Shown piece after piece: positions 10,493-20,661 of a stretch of DNA of 64,000 nt (within the stretch, counting starts at the first letter, position 1; every line of letters starts with the position of its first letter). The DNA lies in IMG/VR virus record IMGVR_UViG_3300010373_000001, positions 32,001-96,000 of that record, one strand, 5' to 3'. The translations under genes were made by a program, and so were the position numbers. Under the pieces are notes generated by a model, which saw nothing but the letters and a program-made list of their open reading frames with translations, had not been told where the DNA came from and did no database searches. The DNA comes from a virus.

Positions 10493-10495
10493 ATA

Positions 10496-11227
10496 TTATT
10501 CCTCAAAATTTAGCTGAGCGACACTCCACTCAATCGGGACACCAACACTGAGAAGAGTTTTGCTCTCGATAAGATGATTGGCGGTGATATCGGTAGTGCT
10601 TGAGTATTCACTCAGATCAACATTAATCTCCTTGACAGGAGGGTATGTATATATTGTGGGCAGAAGCTCAGAGAAAACCCTGACCTTATAGTCCACCCAG
10701 AATATTCTTTTTCCGTTGTTGTCAGTTCCGGACCTTAGATCGGGACCGCCAATTAGTTGCATCGTTCTCTTTGTCCCGTCTTGCGGGATGTCAAGGAATC
10801 CGTATTTAGGATGAAGTCGTTCGTATTGTGCTAGTGCGGAAACCAACGGAATAGTATGCTCGTGCATGAAACGCGAGTAAACTGTGACCTGATAGTCGAA
10901 GTTGTACGGTATCGGGAAGTACGAGTAGTACGGACCAGCTAACGGGTCGAATGTAGTAGTGTCAGGACCAGTGTCCTTCCACCATGGAGCAAAGCCTTCC
11001 GGCGCATAAGGGAGAGTAGTGAAGCCATCATGCATTCTCTCTGGCGCTGGATACCATCCCTGGTGAGTAATAATAACTATAGGGAAAGTAAGATCAGCTA
11101 CTTCTGATTCGGGCAGCCTGAAGCGGACAGGCACGGGCCTGCCGCTTACAGGAGAATTTGCGTCAAAAACTCTTAGCCCCTGAAGCTTGAGCTTCAGTGC
11201 GCCATCTTCATTAAGAAGCCAGGGCAT
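10496..11227 (-). CDS. Putative tail completion/terminator protein
   Basis: Start reassigned to MPWLLNED (GGAG upstream); lies between neck genes and sheath. Confidence 0.5.
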   Translation of the reverse strand: MPWLLNEDGALKLKLQGLRVFDANSPVSGRPVPVRFRLPESEVADLTFPIVIITHQGWYPAPERMHDGFTTLPYAPEGFAPWWKDTGPDTTTFDPLAGPYYSYFPIPYNFDYQVTVYSRFMHEHTIPLVSALAQYERLHPKYGFLDIPQDGTKRTMQLIGGPDLRSGTDNNGKRIFWVDYKVRVFSELLPTIYTYPPVKEINVDLSEYSSTTDITANHLIESKTLLSVGVPIEWSVAQLNFEE

Positions 11228-11330
11228 TATATCCTCCCCCTGACATAGCGCATACAAACTGGCTGCAAGAAGGCAGCGTTAAGAACATAGGTAACTCCAG
11301 TCTGTATGAGCAATTGTATTTCGCATGATC

Positions 11331-11339
11331 AGTATATCA
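11331..11339 (-). promoter_or_regulatory. TGATATACT extended -10 motif (candidate late promoter for tail genes)
   Basis: Exact motif also at 48897-48905 (-), 57792-57800 (-) and 61987-61995 (+), always intergenic and upstream of a co-oriented gene. Confidence 0.5.
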
Positions 11340-11342
11340 GAA

Positions 11343-12425
11343 TCAGGCGAACGAGTTACCTGCCTCTGCATGCTGATTCCAGAATGTAGTCAGCAAATTA
11401 TTTGCAAGAGGCGCGACAGTATATGCTCCAACTGTAGTCACAGGACCATGAGTAAATCCTGTAGCGTGAAGGTCGGAACCTGCCACTGCACCATAGCAGT
11501 TGTTAGTGAACGTAGTAGAGTCCACTCCCAGATGGTGCATTGATACAGCCTGGCAGACTGCATTATTATACAGGCTGTTAGCCAGGCCAGCTAGGGTCGT
11601 TGAAATGCTTGAACTATTCAGGCGGCAAGCCGGAACAGTAGGGTGGAAGAAGTTTGATCCGATGCCGGTGAAGTGGATATGCTCCATCTTAACTACCTTG
11701 CATCCGTTAAGCTCAATAGCGCAGTTGTTGAATACGCTGTTGATAATCATGTCCTTCAGGGTAAGCTTAGTTACCTGAATGAAGAACATGGCGGTGCATC
11801 CTGCGGTCAGGCTTCCTATACCTACGGTGTCCCATCTTCCACCGGATACCATGATGTTTTGCTGACCAGGAGTGTTGTTAGTACCGAAGCGGCAATTAGT
11901 CAGAAGAAACTGTGGTGTAGATAGTCCTACGATTCTTCTCATCCATGCGCCCTCGGCAAGATGAAGCCATGTGTTAGATCCGATGACAACATAATCAGCT
12001 AGCGAATAAACTCCAGCCGGAACCCATACCTCACCACCACCAGCAGCAGCAGCGTCATCCAGTGCCCTCTGTATGGCCGCAGAAGCGTCCTGGCCGTTGT
12101 TTCTTGGTGCGCCGTAGGTTGCCACTACATCATAAACGTTAGTGAACGTACCGCCGACTGAGCCAGGCTGAGCGATAAGCTGTGGTGGGATAGTACCATC
12201 ACTGTTTAGCTGTACTAGACCATTAGGAAGATTTACCCCAGCCAGAAGAGGGCTGACAAGACTGTTAGCAAATGCCCTGTCGCCATGAGGATCAGAAGGG
12301 AAGTTGGCTGAGTGCTGATCGATAGTATGCTGAGCATTAGCGGCGTCAGCTTCTACCTGATTGATAGCAGTGTTTAGCTCGTCGCCCCAGTCAAGCTGAC
12401 CGTCTACCGGAAGTGTGATTGGCAT
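11343..12425 (-). CDS. Pectate-lyase-like beta-helix (tailspike/depolymerase-like) protein
   Basis: DVVATYGA...DASAAIQRALD...GGGEVWVPAGVY pectate_lyase_3-type motif; start at MPITLP. Confidence 0.7.
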   Translation of the reverse strand: MPITLPVDGQLDWGDELNTAINQVEADAANAQHTIDQHSANFPSDPHGDRAFANSLVSPLLAGVNLPNGLVQLNSDGTIPPQLIAQPGSVGGTFTNVYDVVATYGAPRNNGQDASAAIQRALDDAAAAGGGEVWVPAGVYSLADYVVIGSNTWLHLAEGAWMRRIVGLSTPQFLLTNCRFGTNNTPGQQNIMVSGGRWDTVGIGSLTAGCTAMFFIQVTKLTLKDMIINSVFNNCAIELNGCKVVKMEHIHFTGIGSNFFHPTVPACRLNSSSISTTLAGLANSLYNNAVCQAVSMHHLGVDSTTFTNNCYGAVAGSDLHATGFTHGPVTTVGAYTVAPLANNLLTTFWNQHAEAGNSFA

Positions 12426-12426
12426 T

Positions 12427-12939
12427 TTAAGGTTGGCTCCATTGTGCGAATAGTTGATCATCTACCAGTTCGTCTGGCTTCATCTGTGTTGCTTCAAGTC
12501 CTACGATGATGTCTCTCTGCTGAATCTGCCCGCGAATTGCCAGGGCCAGAACACGGAAGATCTTCTGATCGTAGTAAAGTCTGTCGTTAATATAGTTACC
12601 AGTCTGAATATCAGCATAGGTCATACCCACACCTACAAACTGATCGAAAGCAATAGAAGCTGTCAGGGTGTCATTGTAGTAGAAACCCATGTCAGTGTTC
12701 TCATTCTCGCCCTCAAGGTGAGTCACATGAAGGCAGGGAACTCTAACCGCAGGCTTGTAAACACGGCCAATGCCAGTAGCTTCGTCATAGATAGGGTCTA
12801 CTATAGTAGCGTCCTGATCTAGCCTGAAGTAGTCTATCCAGTCTCCTGAGACATCTCTCCAGCCGCGCATTCCCTTGAAGATACGGTCAGTTTCCTGATC
12901 AGCAGACCAGCGGCCTTTCTTCCAGTCCAGCTTACCCAT
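12427..12939 (-). CDS. Putative head-closure/neck protein
   Basis: T.VDPIYDE motif, size and position. Confidence 0.5.
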   Translation of the reverse strand: MGKLDWKKGRWSADQETDRIFKGMRGWRDVSGDWIDYFRLDQDATIVDPIYDEATGIGRVYKPAVRVPCLHVTHLEGENENTDMGFYYNDTLTASIAFDQFVGVGMTYADIQTGNYINDRLYYDQKIFRVLALAIRGQIQQRDIIVGLEATQMKPDELVDDQLFAQWSQP

Positions 12940-13262
12940 CAGATACCGCGCTTCTTCAGGGCACTGACGAACTTCTTACCGTCAGCAGTAAGATTCTTAG
13001 AGTGCTGAACCGTAGGATCAAACTGCTGAGCCTGCTGAAACAGATGCATGGCAAGTCCCTGACCCTGGAATTGTTTTCCTACGTCAAGGCGTGTTACACC
13101 GCCAACTGGCTCACTCCTATAAGCAGGATCAGTGTTCCAGTAGATCTGTCCCACTAATCCGTGGTCAGGATGATGAGCTTCAATGCTTCCCATTCCGCCA
13201 CTGATATCTTTCTCAAGATTCAGATCACCGAATTGCAACGGCTGCAAAACTCTTCTTGCCAT
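12939..13262 (-). CDS. GNAT-fold acetyltransferase-like protein
   Basis: V...FQGQGLAMHL acetyl-CoA motif A; HS..LT.DG..F. Confidence 0.6.
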   Translation of the reverse strand: MARRVLQPLQFGDLNLEKDISGGMGSIEAHHPDHGLVGQIYWNTDPAYRSEPVGGVTRLDVGKQFQGQGLAMHLFQQAQQFDPTVQHSKNLTADGKKFVSALKKRGI

Positions 13263-13477
13263 TATGCACCCTGACCATTCTTGAAGTTCTCTGTTCTGCT
13301 GGCTTCAAATTTATTATTGCAGCCTGGGCAGATGGGACGAACCTTAGAGTCTACCTTATTGTCTGCGGCACTATATTTAGCCATCATCTTGCAATCTTTA
13401 CCGCAAAGAGTAGTTTTTCTGTCTGCGGTAAGATGTTCCTGCCTTCCGCCCGGTGATCTTGCATATAGATGTCCCAC
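13262..13477 (-). CDS. Small hypothetical protein (H/C zinc-binding motif)
   Basis: EHL...TLCG...CPGC; coupled to both neighbours. Confidence 0.5.
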   Translation of the reverse strand: MGHLYARSPGGRQEHLTADRKTTLCGKDCKMMAKYSAADNKVDSKVRPICPGCNNKFEASRTENFKNGQGA

Positions 13478-14289
13478 TACATACCCTGACCATTCCAGAT
13501 CGGTGAAGGAATACCGCTATCGTCAACCCAGTGCTTGTCAATTGGCGGGTTCTCACGCTCTGGCCAGATATGGTCATCGTACTCACGATCAACGAAAATC
13601 GGAACAAGTCTGCCAGTAGTGCGGGAAACTCTTCTAAGCTTTAGTGTTTCAGTACGGTACATACCAACGTTTAGCTGAGCACACATTCTTTCGTATCGCT
13701 CTTGCAGGTCATTGATATGTCCCATAAGCTGAGCATAACGAGCGGTACGGTTAATGTTCGTACCCTCTGCGGTCTGAATGTCGGCATCAGTAGCAGCGTC
13801 GTTAGCTAGTACCCATAGCGTGTTGATAGTAGCCAGGGTTACCAGCATCGGCTCTTCAATAGCAGGCAGATTGTCCAGAGTCATAGGAGTTCTGCGATAG
13901 CTAATGAATCCTTGCCTGGTATGCATTCTCTCAGTGATTGTCCTACCATGAGTATGCTGATGCAGAGAGTCGTTAATTTGGGTAGTCAGATCGTTATCAG
14001 TGAACATTCCCCACGCATAGCCCTGAGTCAGAACAGTCGCACCGTTGGCAACCTTGTCATTCAGCGTGATAAATCCAAGCTCTTCGTCCAGAACGTAGTC
14101 AGTTGTAGAACTAAGCAGGGTTGTCTGGGCGCCGTTGATGATAGTTACCTGAAGAGTATTAGGATCTATATTCTGCTTAGGCAGGTCGTATAGCTGAGTC
14201 ATGCCATCACCCAGGGATGAAGTCATGAAAGGCTGGAGCGGGTCACCAATCTCGTTCCTCACTCTGGCTATCATGTCTGACATTTGCAT
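13477..14289 (-). CDS. Putative head-tail adaptor/neck protein
   Basis: I.RVR.EIGD N-terminus and FTD.DL motif typical of adaptors. Confidence 0.55.
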   Translation of the reverse strand: MQMSDMIARVRNEIGDPLQPFMTSSLGDGMTQLYDLPKQNIDPNTLQVTIINGAQTTLLSSTTDYVLDEELGFITLNDKVANGATVLTQGYAWGMFTDNDLTTQINDSLHQHTHGRTITERMHTRQGFISYRRTPMTLDNLPAIEEPMLVTLATINTLWVLANDAATDADIQTAEGTNINRTARYAQLMGHINDLQERYERMCAQLNVGMYRTETLKLRRVSRTTGRLVPIFVDREYDDHIWPERENPPIDKHWVDDSGIPSPIWNGQGM

Positions 14290-14299
14290 TAGCTATTCC

Positions 14300-16600
14300 T
14301 TAGTAAGCAAAATCTTCGCGGACTATCGAAGTCTGGGTTATTCTCTGGGATACTACTTCCCCTACATTCCACTCTATTATATCCTGCTTAGTGCGGGAAA
14401 CAATGGTGTTGAATACGGTCTGCTGCTGCCTGTTAGTACGCTGAATATCATTCCAGTTGCCCGCCCTGAAAGCTGACACCCTTTTCCTGCTATTCCAGGT
14501 CGTAGACTTCTGCGTGGTTACCTCGAAGATAAAGTTCCACGTACTAGTCTTAGCCGGGGCGAAAGCTGGGGCGAAAGTAATCGGGTGCATAGTTGACTGA
14601 AGAACCCTGGCATTAAACTTGAATGTTCCTGGGATCTCAGTCAGGTGATATCTGTACCTGACCTTGAATGACGTATTCAGGAAGGCTTTCCTGGCCACAC
14701 GTACTCTGAAGCTTACAACCTTCTGGGTTACAACATGCTTCTCTGCTCTCCAGGCAGTAGCTTTCTGGGTGATCTTGTTGTTCAGAGTTTCCCAGTGAAT
14801 AGACTTCTGCTTTGTCAGCGCGAAGTTATCCATGTAACGAACAGCAGCCTTACGCGGAATCCTTAGCTTCAGGGTCCAAGCTGTTCCAGCGCTACGGGAT
14901 CTTCTCTGGTTAGTCTTCCAGGTAGTAGCCTTCTGCTTAACTACAGGAGTAGCCTTAGCGTTCCACCATACTGCGTTCTTCTTAACCCCGGAGTTAAGAG
15001 CGTTGTACTTGACCGCTCTGTGTACCTTCAGGCTCGTATCGATGTTCCACTTTATAGCCACCGTAGAGGGCAGCAAAGTATCAGCAGCAATAGGATGGGT
15101 TACCGGCTGCTCGATACCGTAGTATCTCGTTCTCGCGTCAGTTGGGATAAAGATACGAAGCAGGGTGTTAAATCTAGTGCGCCTGAATGTGGAAGCGCTC
15201 GTGTTGAGCATCCACAATGTACGCTTAGTGGTTACTCTCTGGCTGAGAACGTTCCAGGTAACATCAGAAGTTGCGGCTCTTCTTACATCATTCTGCCAGG
15301 CAACCTGATTGTCATCGTAGCGCCAGTCTACGGGATGAACTACTACATTCGGCAGGCCAAACTTATAGCCCATACTGATCTTGTGGCGTCTGTAATAGTT
15401 ATCCCACTGAGTTTGCCCCAGCGTAGTAATCTGCTGCTCGGTAATCTTCCAGGCAGCCGCAGCGCGTGAAGCTTCAGTGGTGAATGTCGTCCATCTTACT
15501 ACGCCGACAGTTGATGTTCTCTTAATGCCGTAATAGATAGGAGATACTACTGGGCGCAGAATTGTCGGGTAGAATACCGACAGCGGAGTGATAGGGGGAG
15601 CCTCAAAGGCAGTGACGTTAGCTGTTTCCATGAAGGAACCAGAGTCACTGTCGATGATACCAGTCAGCGCATTAGCGGAAGTCTCGGTGAAGGTTCCTGA
15701 ATCAGAGCTAACAATCAGAATACTAACCGATCCGGCTTCCGAACTTGCGGTGAAGAAATCGGTATCGGAAAGACTAGCATGAACTGAACCAGTCTCATTG
15801 AAAGTTCCGGAGTCAGAAACAACTACATCAAAACCAGGAGTGTTCTCAGTAAAGGTTCCTGTATCAGTTCCCCTGATTTGGATCTGCACGTTAGCAGACT
15901 CACTGAAGGAACCTGTGTCTGATCCAGTCTTAGTAGTTCCAGCGCCAAAAGTTAGCTGAACCTGTCCAGCATGACCAGCACCACCAGCAGAACCGAAACC
16001 ACCACCTCCACCACCACCAGGACCAGTTGAAGGAGTATTACCTACACCAGCACCAGAACCATTACCACCAGGACCACCGCCTGTTACAGCGGTTGCACCA
16101 GCACCAGGACCAGAGTTAGTAGCGTTAACTCCATTGTTTCCGGCTGATGCTGATCCGCCAGAACCACCACCACCAGATCCCCCATCAACTTTGGAGTTAT
16201 TAACGCCTCCACCAGCACCACCGTCAAAGTGAATACTATTGGTAGACCCAGTTCCTCCTGCTCCACCAGTAGCATTAGAGGTATTAGACGAGGTAGCACC
16301 AAAACCGTTATGGGCTACGACACCACCATGCGAAATATCAAAGGCAGAGTTAGTTCCAGCAGTACCGGCAGAACTTCCACCACCGCCGCCAGAGCCAACT
16401 ATAATTGCATAGTTAGTACCTGGAACAACTGTGTAAGCTGCTTCAGCGGCGTATTCTCCACCGCCTCCACCGCCTCCAGCGTTAGAAGATCCTCCTGTAC
16501 CTCCACCGCCACCGCCCCAGCATTCAACAAATACTGAAGTAACACCAGCGGGTGCAGTCCATGAAGTAGAGCCAGCGGTAGTAAATGTCGTTGTAGTCAT
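14300..16600 (-). CDS. Glycine-rich, repeat-containing virion protein
   Basis: N-terminal FT..GS..WTAP.GV..V.VECWGGGGGG domain, acidic SDSGTFTE repeats, basic ~15-aa repeats. Confidence 0.65.
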   Translation of the reverse strand: MTTTTFTTAGSTSWTAPAGVTSVFVECWGGGGGGTGGSSNAGGGGGGGEYAAEAAYTVVPGTNYAIIVGSGGGGGSSAGTAGTNSAFDISHGGVVAHNGFGATSSNTSNATGGAGGTGSTNSIHFDGGAGGGVNNSKVDGGSGGGGSGGSASAGNNGVNATNSGPGAGATAVTGGGPGGNGSGAGVGNTPSTGPGGGGGGGFGSAGGAGHAGQVQLTFGAGTTKTGSDTGSFSESANVQIQIRGTDTGTFTENTPGFDVVVSDSGTFNETGSVHASLSDTDFFTASSEAGSVSILIVSSDSGTFTETSANALTGIIDSDSGSFMETANVTAFEAPPITPLSVFYPTILRPVVSPIYYGIKRTSTVGVVRWTTFTTEASRAAAAWKITEQQITTLGQTQWDNYYRRHKISMGYKFGLPNVVVHPVDWRYDDNQVAWQNDVRRAATSDVTWNVLSQRVTTKRTLWMLNTSASTFRRTRFNTLLRIFIPTDARTRYYGIEQPVTHPIAADTLLPSTVAIKWNIDTSLKVHRAVKYNALNSGVKKNAVWWNAKATPVVKQKATTWKTNQRRSRSAGTAWTLKLRIPRKAAVRYMDNFALTKQKSIHWETLNNKITQKATAWRAEKHVVTQKVVSFRVRVARKAFLNTSFKVRYRYHLTEIPGTFKFNARVLQSTMHPITFAPAFAPAKTSTWNFIFEVTTQKSTTWNSRKRVSAFRAGNWNDIQRTNRQQQTVFNTIVSRTKQDIIEWNVGEVVSQRITQTSIVREDFAY

Positions 16601-16930
16601 TTACTCCTCAGTTCTGTCTGGCCACGCAGTTATCTCGCCGGTTTTAAGAAACTCTTCTTCACGTTCTTTACAGCAACCTGAAGGCTTATGAGTCTGAGCT
16701 ACCCTGTAGGCATGCTCGATGCCCCGGTCAGTGTTCACCTGGAACATATGAGTACAGCAACCGGGGCACCAGAAGTTTATATACTGGCCATCATTTACCA
16801 GAACACCTAGCCAGCCACCTTCATCTAGAACATGCTGGAAACCCGCTTCAGACTGCTCTTCTTTGTGTGACGGAAACGGGTCTTTATTTCTCCAGCGCTC
16901 AGCTAGAACCGCTGAGTGGACATGAGCCAT
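16601..16930 (-). CDS. Hypothetical protein
   Basis: Co-oriented ORF abutting neighbours; CPGC motif. Confidence 0.55.
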   Translation of the reverse strand: MAHVHSAVLAERWRNKDPFPSHKEEQSEAGFQHVLDEGGWLGVLVNDGQYINFWCPGCCTHMFQVNTDRGIEHAYRVAQTHKPSGCCKEREEEFLKTGEITAWPDRTEE

Positions 16931-16946
16931 TCGGAATCCTGTAGGA

Positions 16947-17534
16947 TCAGGTAAGCGTTACCGATGTCTGGAACACCCAGATAGCGCCAGATCCCTTAGT
17001 CCCAAATGAGGCAACCTTATGATTAAGCATAACTGGGCTTGTTCCAGTACCGGCAAAGGTATCAGAGTTAGCTGGTGAAGCTGCAATTACCCAGCCCCAT
17101 TCCTGCCATGCGAAGTTGCCATCAGAAGATCCGTATGTTGACTGTCCTGATATCAGTCCGTTGGACTGAGTTGGGAAAGATGCATCCATAACAATGTAAC
17201 GGCTGTTACCTGTTGAGTTAGCAGTTAGATGTGTGTCAGCCACAGTAGCGGCAGTCGTAGAGTTTCCTACCCCAGTCAGAGCATTAGCGTTAGCGAAAGA
17301 TGTTCCGCCGCCGCCAATGATAAGTGATGTGATCCTGTTAAGGCCGAGAGTAGTCAGAAGGTTTCCTGACTGCTCTACGATCCCATCCTCAGGGCTATCG
17401 AATAGCCCGATCATGAAATCACCAGTAGGATCTGGGTAGTATCTCTGGGCATACCTAGCCTGATCCAGACTGTATTTCAGCACACGGGCATGTGCGTTCC
17501 AGGTAATGCCGTCGTTGTGCAAAATATTTTCCAT
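16947..17534 (-). CDS. Virion structural protein (fibre/collar-like)
   Basis: NLLT..GL, ANFAWQEWG-like motif, K.SG..W. Confidence 0.55.
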   Translation of the reverse strand: MENILHNDGITWNAHARVLKYSLDQARYAQRYYPDPTGDFMIGLFDSPEDGIVEQSGNLLTTLGLNRITSLIIGGGGTSFANANALTGVGNSTTAATVADTHLTANSTGNSRYIVMDASFPTQSNGLISGQSTYGSSDGNFAWQEWGWVIAASPANSDTFAGTGTSPVMLNHKVASFGTKGSGAIWVFQTSVTLT

Positions 17535-17540
17535 TGTTCC

Positions 17541-19037
17541 TCAGGTTACGTATGCGTAGAAGTTGTATCCAACTGTGCCAGTAATGGCTGTCAGAGTAGT
17601 TGACAGTGAGGGAGGAGTAGTCTGGCCAGTGTTAGACACACCATAAAGAATAGGTGCCGCTGACACTAGAGCAACGTTAACGGGATCGGCCGTAACCATG
17701 AAGGTTGGCATTGTTCCTGAAGTCTCTGCGATCATAACACCAATGTAGTACAGACCCTCAGAAGGAACCACATAAGGTGTTCCAACTGCTAGAGACTGTA
17801 CCGCATTTGCTGTGTGGAATGTGGTAGCAGCGTCGGTCTGGTCTGCTGTAACCGCAACAACTGATCTAGCTGAGTTAGCCAGAACGTACCATCCGTGAGT
17901 ACCGCCAGTCTTAACTGTGCTAGATAGCCACATGTTGATGTTGGTTACAGTAATACCCTTAGGGAGATAGATACCTGTTAGGTAAAGTGATCCTGATGCC
18001 AGAGCGGCAGAAGTAGCTGTAGCTCTCTGCCTCTCAAATGTCTGAGCTAGTGTTCCCGTAGGAGCTAGTGCCAGTCCACCAGTGCTGGTGTTAGTCAGGG
18101 AAAGAGTATTACCTGTCTTGGTAAGACCTGTTCCTGCTGTGATTTCTCCTGCGCCTGAAAACTGGGTCCAGTTAACAGCAGTAGTTCCTACTGTGAAAGG
18201 ACCGGCTGAAGCTACAGTGAAACCCGAACCAGCATTGACTGTGCCGATTTCCACGAATACATATGCACCGGGGAATTCAGCAGCCTGATCCATGTCAAGT
18301 GCTCTGGTAAGAACGTAAGCCACACCAACAGCACCAGCAGTTGATACGAAGTAGATACCGTTATTAGCGGCGGTTGCCTCGTTCTGTACCAGGATTCTTT
18401 CGCTAGCGGCCATTGTATGACCGTCAACGATAAGTGCTCCCGTAGAAGATGCTGTAAGAGTAGCGCCTACTCCGGCTGTGCCGTTAGAATATGTGTTAGC
18501 TGGCAGAGTAGTTGTGGTAGCCACAACTACTGAAGGCTTTGTGCTTAGACCCTGTGCTGTTGAGTCAACGTAAGTCTTGTTCGCTGCATCAGTTGGATTA
18601 ACTGGCGTAGGAGTAGTAACCGTTCCTGTAAAGGTTGGGCTAGTCAGACTCTTATTGGTAAGAGTCTGGCTGTCCGTTGTTCCTACTACAGCGCCAGTGA
18701 TACCATGTACAGCAGTTGATGCCGCAATGTGGACCTGAGGTTCATTATAATCCTGAGCCGAAACACCGTGAACAACTACAGCGCCCTGCGAATGCGCTTG
18801 TGCTGAAGTTCCGTCGATGCCTCTGGTGCAAGGAAGTGTGTAAGGTCCAGTACCAGTCGGTGCTGAGGTTACTGAGATAGCTTCCTGAGTTGAAAGACCC
18901 CAGTCAATAAGCACAGTGAAAGGATAAGAAGTTGGAAGTCCCGTAATGCTGTTAACAGAGGGGTTACCTGAAGAGGCTACAGATGAAGCAAGAGCCGTAG
19001 GTGCAGCAGTAGAACTGTAGAACCTGTTCTGAGTCAT
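17541..19037 (-). CDS. Tail fibre / whisker-like protein
   Basis: RGIDGT.AQAH..GA.V, QTLTNKSL, DAANK.YVD, RILV.NE....NNGIY, WTQFSGAG motifs. Confidence 0.7.
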   Translation of the reverse strand: MTQNRFYSSTAAPTALASSVASSGNPSVNSITGLPTSYPFTVLIDWGLSTQEAISVTSAPTGTGPYTLPCTRGIDGTSAQAHSQGAVVVHGVSAQDYNEPQVHIAASTAVHGITGAVVGTTDSQTLTNKSLTSPTFTGTVTTPTPVNPTDAANKTYVDSTAQGLSTKPSVVVATTTTLPANTYSNGTAGVGATLTASSTGALIVDGHTMAASERILVQNEATAANNGIYFVSTAGAVGVAYVLTRALDMDQAAEFPGAYVFVEIGTVNAGSGFTVASAGPFTVGTTAVNWTQFSGAGEITAGTGLTKTGNTLSLTNTSTGGLALAPTGTLAQTFERQRATATSAALASGSLYLTGIYLPKGITVTNINMWLSSTVKTGGTHGWYVLANSARSVVAVTADQTDAATTFHTANAVQSLAVGTPYVVPSEGLYYIGVMIAETSGTMPTFMVTADPVNVALVSAAPILYGVSNTGQTTPPSLSTTLTAITGTVGYNFYAYVT

Positions 19038-19043
19038 TGGTTA

Positions 19044-19619
19044 TCAGCCCTGTGTATCGAAGTCAACTTCGAAAGTGAATCCATCGTTGTTAACTGGAGC
19101 GGAGTTCGTTGCTGTCCTTCTTACCCAGATTGCCGCACAGAAGTTAGGTGCGATAGTTCCTAGCTGGATACCATTCGTGTATGAAGGGGAAACAGGTGCC
19201 GATACTGAAGGCCCTACCCATCCTGATACACCAACGGGTGCGTTTGTTGCTGCGGTAATCTTCACGGCCTGTTGTGAGGAAGAGCCTTTAGTAGAAGCAC
19301 CAGTAGGGTCAGCCGCAATTGATACGGTTGCGCCGCCAGGAACGAATAGCGAGTTAGGAAGCCACACTACTGTATTTAGCATAGAGTTTCCGCTACCTGT
19401 GTTATTTAGAATGAACACACAAGCGTAGTCTACCTGATCAGCCGCGTTCTGGGCACCAGTAATGTCGGGGAAAAGATTGTTTAGAGGGGTCGATGACATC
19501 TGTGTGGTGGAAATATAATTTCCCCAGGAATCACCGGGAGCACCTGTTACTGAATTACCTGACGTAGCGCCCGGTGCAGACAGCATGAACAGGACATCTG
19601 TGCTAGCAATAGCTGTCAT
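19044..19619 (-). CDS. Virion structural protein
   Basis: NNLFPDI..A.N....DY.C.F..N and AIWVRRT motifs. Confidence 0.55.
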   Translation of the reverse strand: MTAIASTDVLFMLSAPGATSGNSVTGAPGDSWGNYISTTQMSSTPLNNLFPDITGAQNAADQVDYACVFILNNTGSGNSMLNTVVWLPNSLFVPGGATVSIAADPTGASTKGSSSQQAVKITAATNAPVGVSGWVGPSVSAPVSPSYTNGIQLGTIAPNFCAAIWVRRTATNSAPVNNDGFTFEVDFDTQG

Positions 19620-19632
19620 ATTGAATCCTATA

Positions 19633-20145
19633 TCATGATTGATTAGTTGTTATTGCATCAGCAGCTATAGCGATTTCCTGTGTGGCAAGTACCTGTTGCG
19701 GTGCATCAAGAGTCCAGGTATAGGCAAGATTGCCAACTGTTCCTGATGCGACTGTAACCAGAGCTAGCCACTGGGCAGCCAAAGTCATATTTGCAGAGAC
19801 AGGCCCGAAAATAAGCAAGCCGTTATTGGTGCTTACTGACGGCAATGTATCTGTCGCCGGGTTGAATGTTACTGCAATACGGGAGTAACCTGCTGTTGTT
19901 ACTTCCTGAAGATCGGATATAAAGACAGCACTGCTAGGATCTGCTGTGCAAAGAGCAAGATATCTTGATCCGGCCGCTACCCACGCGGTTCCATTGAACT
20001 CGTTTACAACGTAGCTGGCTGAAGAATTAATCCAGTACTGACCTGGAATTGGAGTTGATGGTGCAGTACCGGCAACAACAGGAGTCGTTAGACCAAGCAG
20101 CGAGTTAAGCTGTACCTGTGCCCCCCATGGTGCAATGCCCGTCAT
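19633..20145 (-). CDS. Virion structural protein (tail-fibre-like)
   Basis: YLAL.TADP...EV...GY.R.AV.F motif. Confidence 0.55.
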   Translation of the reverse strand: MTGIAPWGAQVQLNSLLGLTTPVVAGTAPSTPIPGQYWINSSASYVVNEFNGTAWVAAGSRYLALCTADPSSAVFISDLQEVTTAGYSRIAVTFNPATDTLPSVSTNNGLLIFGPVSANMTLAAQWLALVTVASGTVGNLAYTWTLDAPQQVLATQEIAIAADAITTNQS

Positions 20146-20583
20146 TTACTGTCCTATATAAGCTAGTCGGCCCTGAGCCTCTAGGTGCTTTGCCAGATCT
20201 ACTGGAACTTTATATGAGAAGCCAACCTTGAATGAAAAAGTATTCAGTGAGCCCATTACTGCGGGTCTTCCTGTATCCGGATCACCTGGATCGACTACTT
20301 GCCTGCCGAAAGTCATATCTGTGATGTCAGAATTAACTCTAATTGTCCTAATAGGACTATTGATTTCGACTGGCGCTTTCTCGATACTCTCGTCTAGAGG
20401 AACGTCCGCTCCTGTGTAGTCGATAACGGTATCGTAATCTTCTTCTCTTTGTGCATTGACCATAGCAAGATGTTGTGCTTGCTCTTTTAGTTCTTCTTTG
20501 TGTGCTTCAGCTAGTCTCTGAGTAGTAATCCCAGTAAAGTCTGCGGGGCTCTTGCCCGAAGTTCTGGTCTTTGGTGCTGTCAT
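20146..20583 (-). CDS. Hypothetical protein downstream of capsid gene
   Basis: Co-oriented ORF. Confidence 0.6.
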   Translation of the reverse strand: MTAPKTRTSGKSPADFTGITTQRLAEAHKEELKEQAQHLAMVNAQREEDYDTVIDYTGADVPLDESIEKAPVEINSPIRTIRVNSDITDMTFGRQVVDPGDPDTGRPAVMGSLNTFSFKVGFSYKVPVDLAKHLEAQGRLAYIGQ

Positions 20584-20619
20584 TTTTATCCCTAATTACT
20601 TGTTCGAAATTTGATTGTA

Positions 20620-20642
20620 TCCCCCTCCATATCGGAGGGGGA
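20620..20642 (-). terminator. GC hairpin after major capsid gene
   Basis: tccccctcc/ggaggggga 9-bp stem; weak U-tract. Confidence 0.45.
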
Positions 20643-20661
20643 CAACAGTCACGTAATAAAA

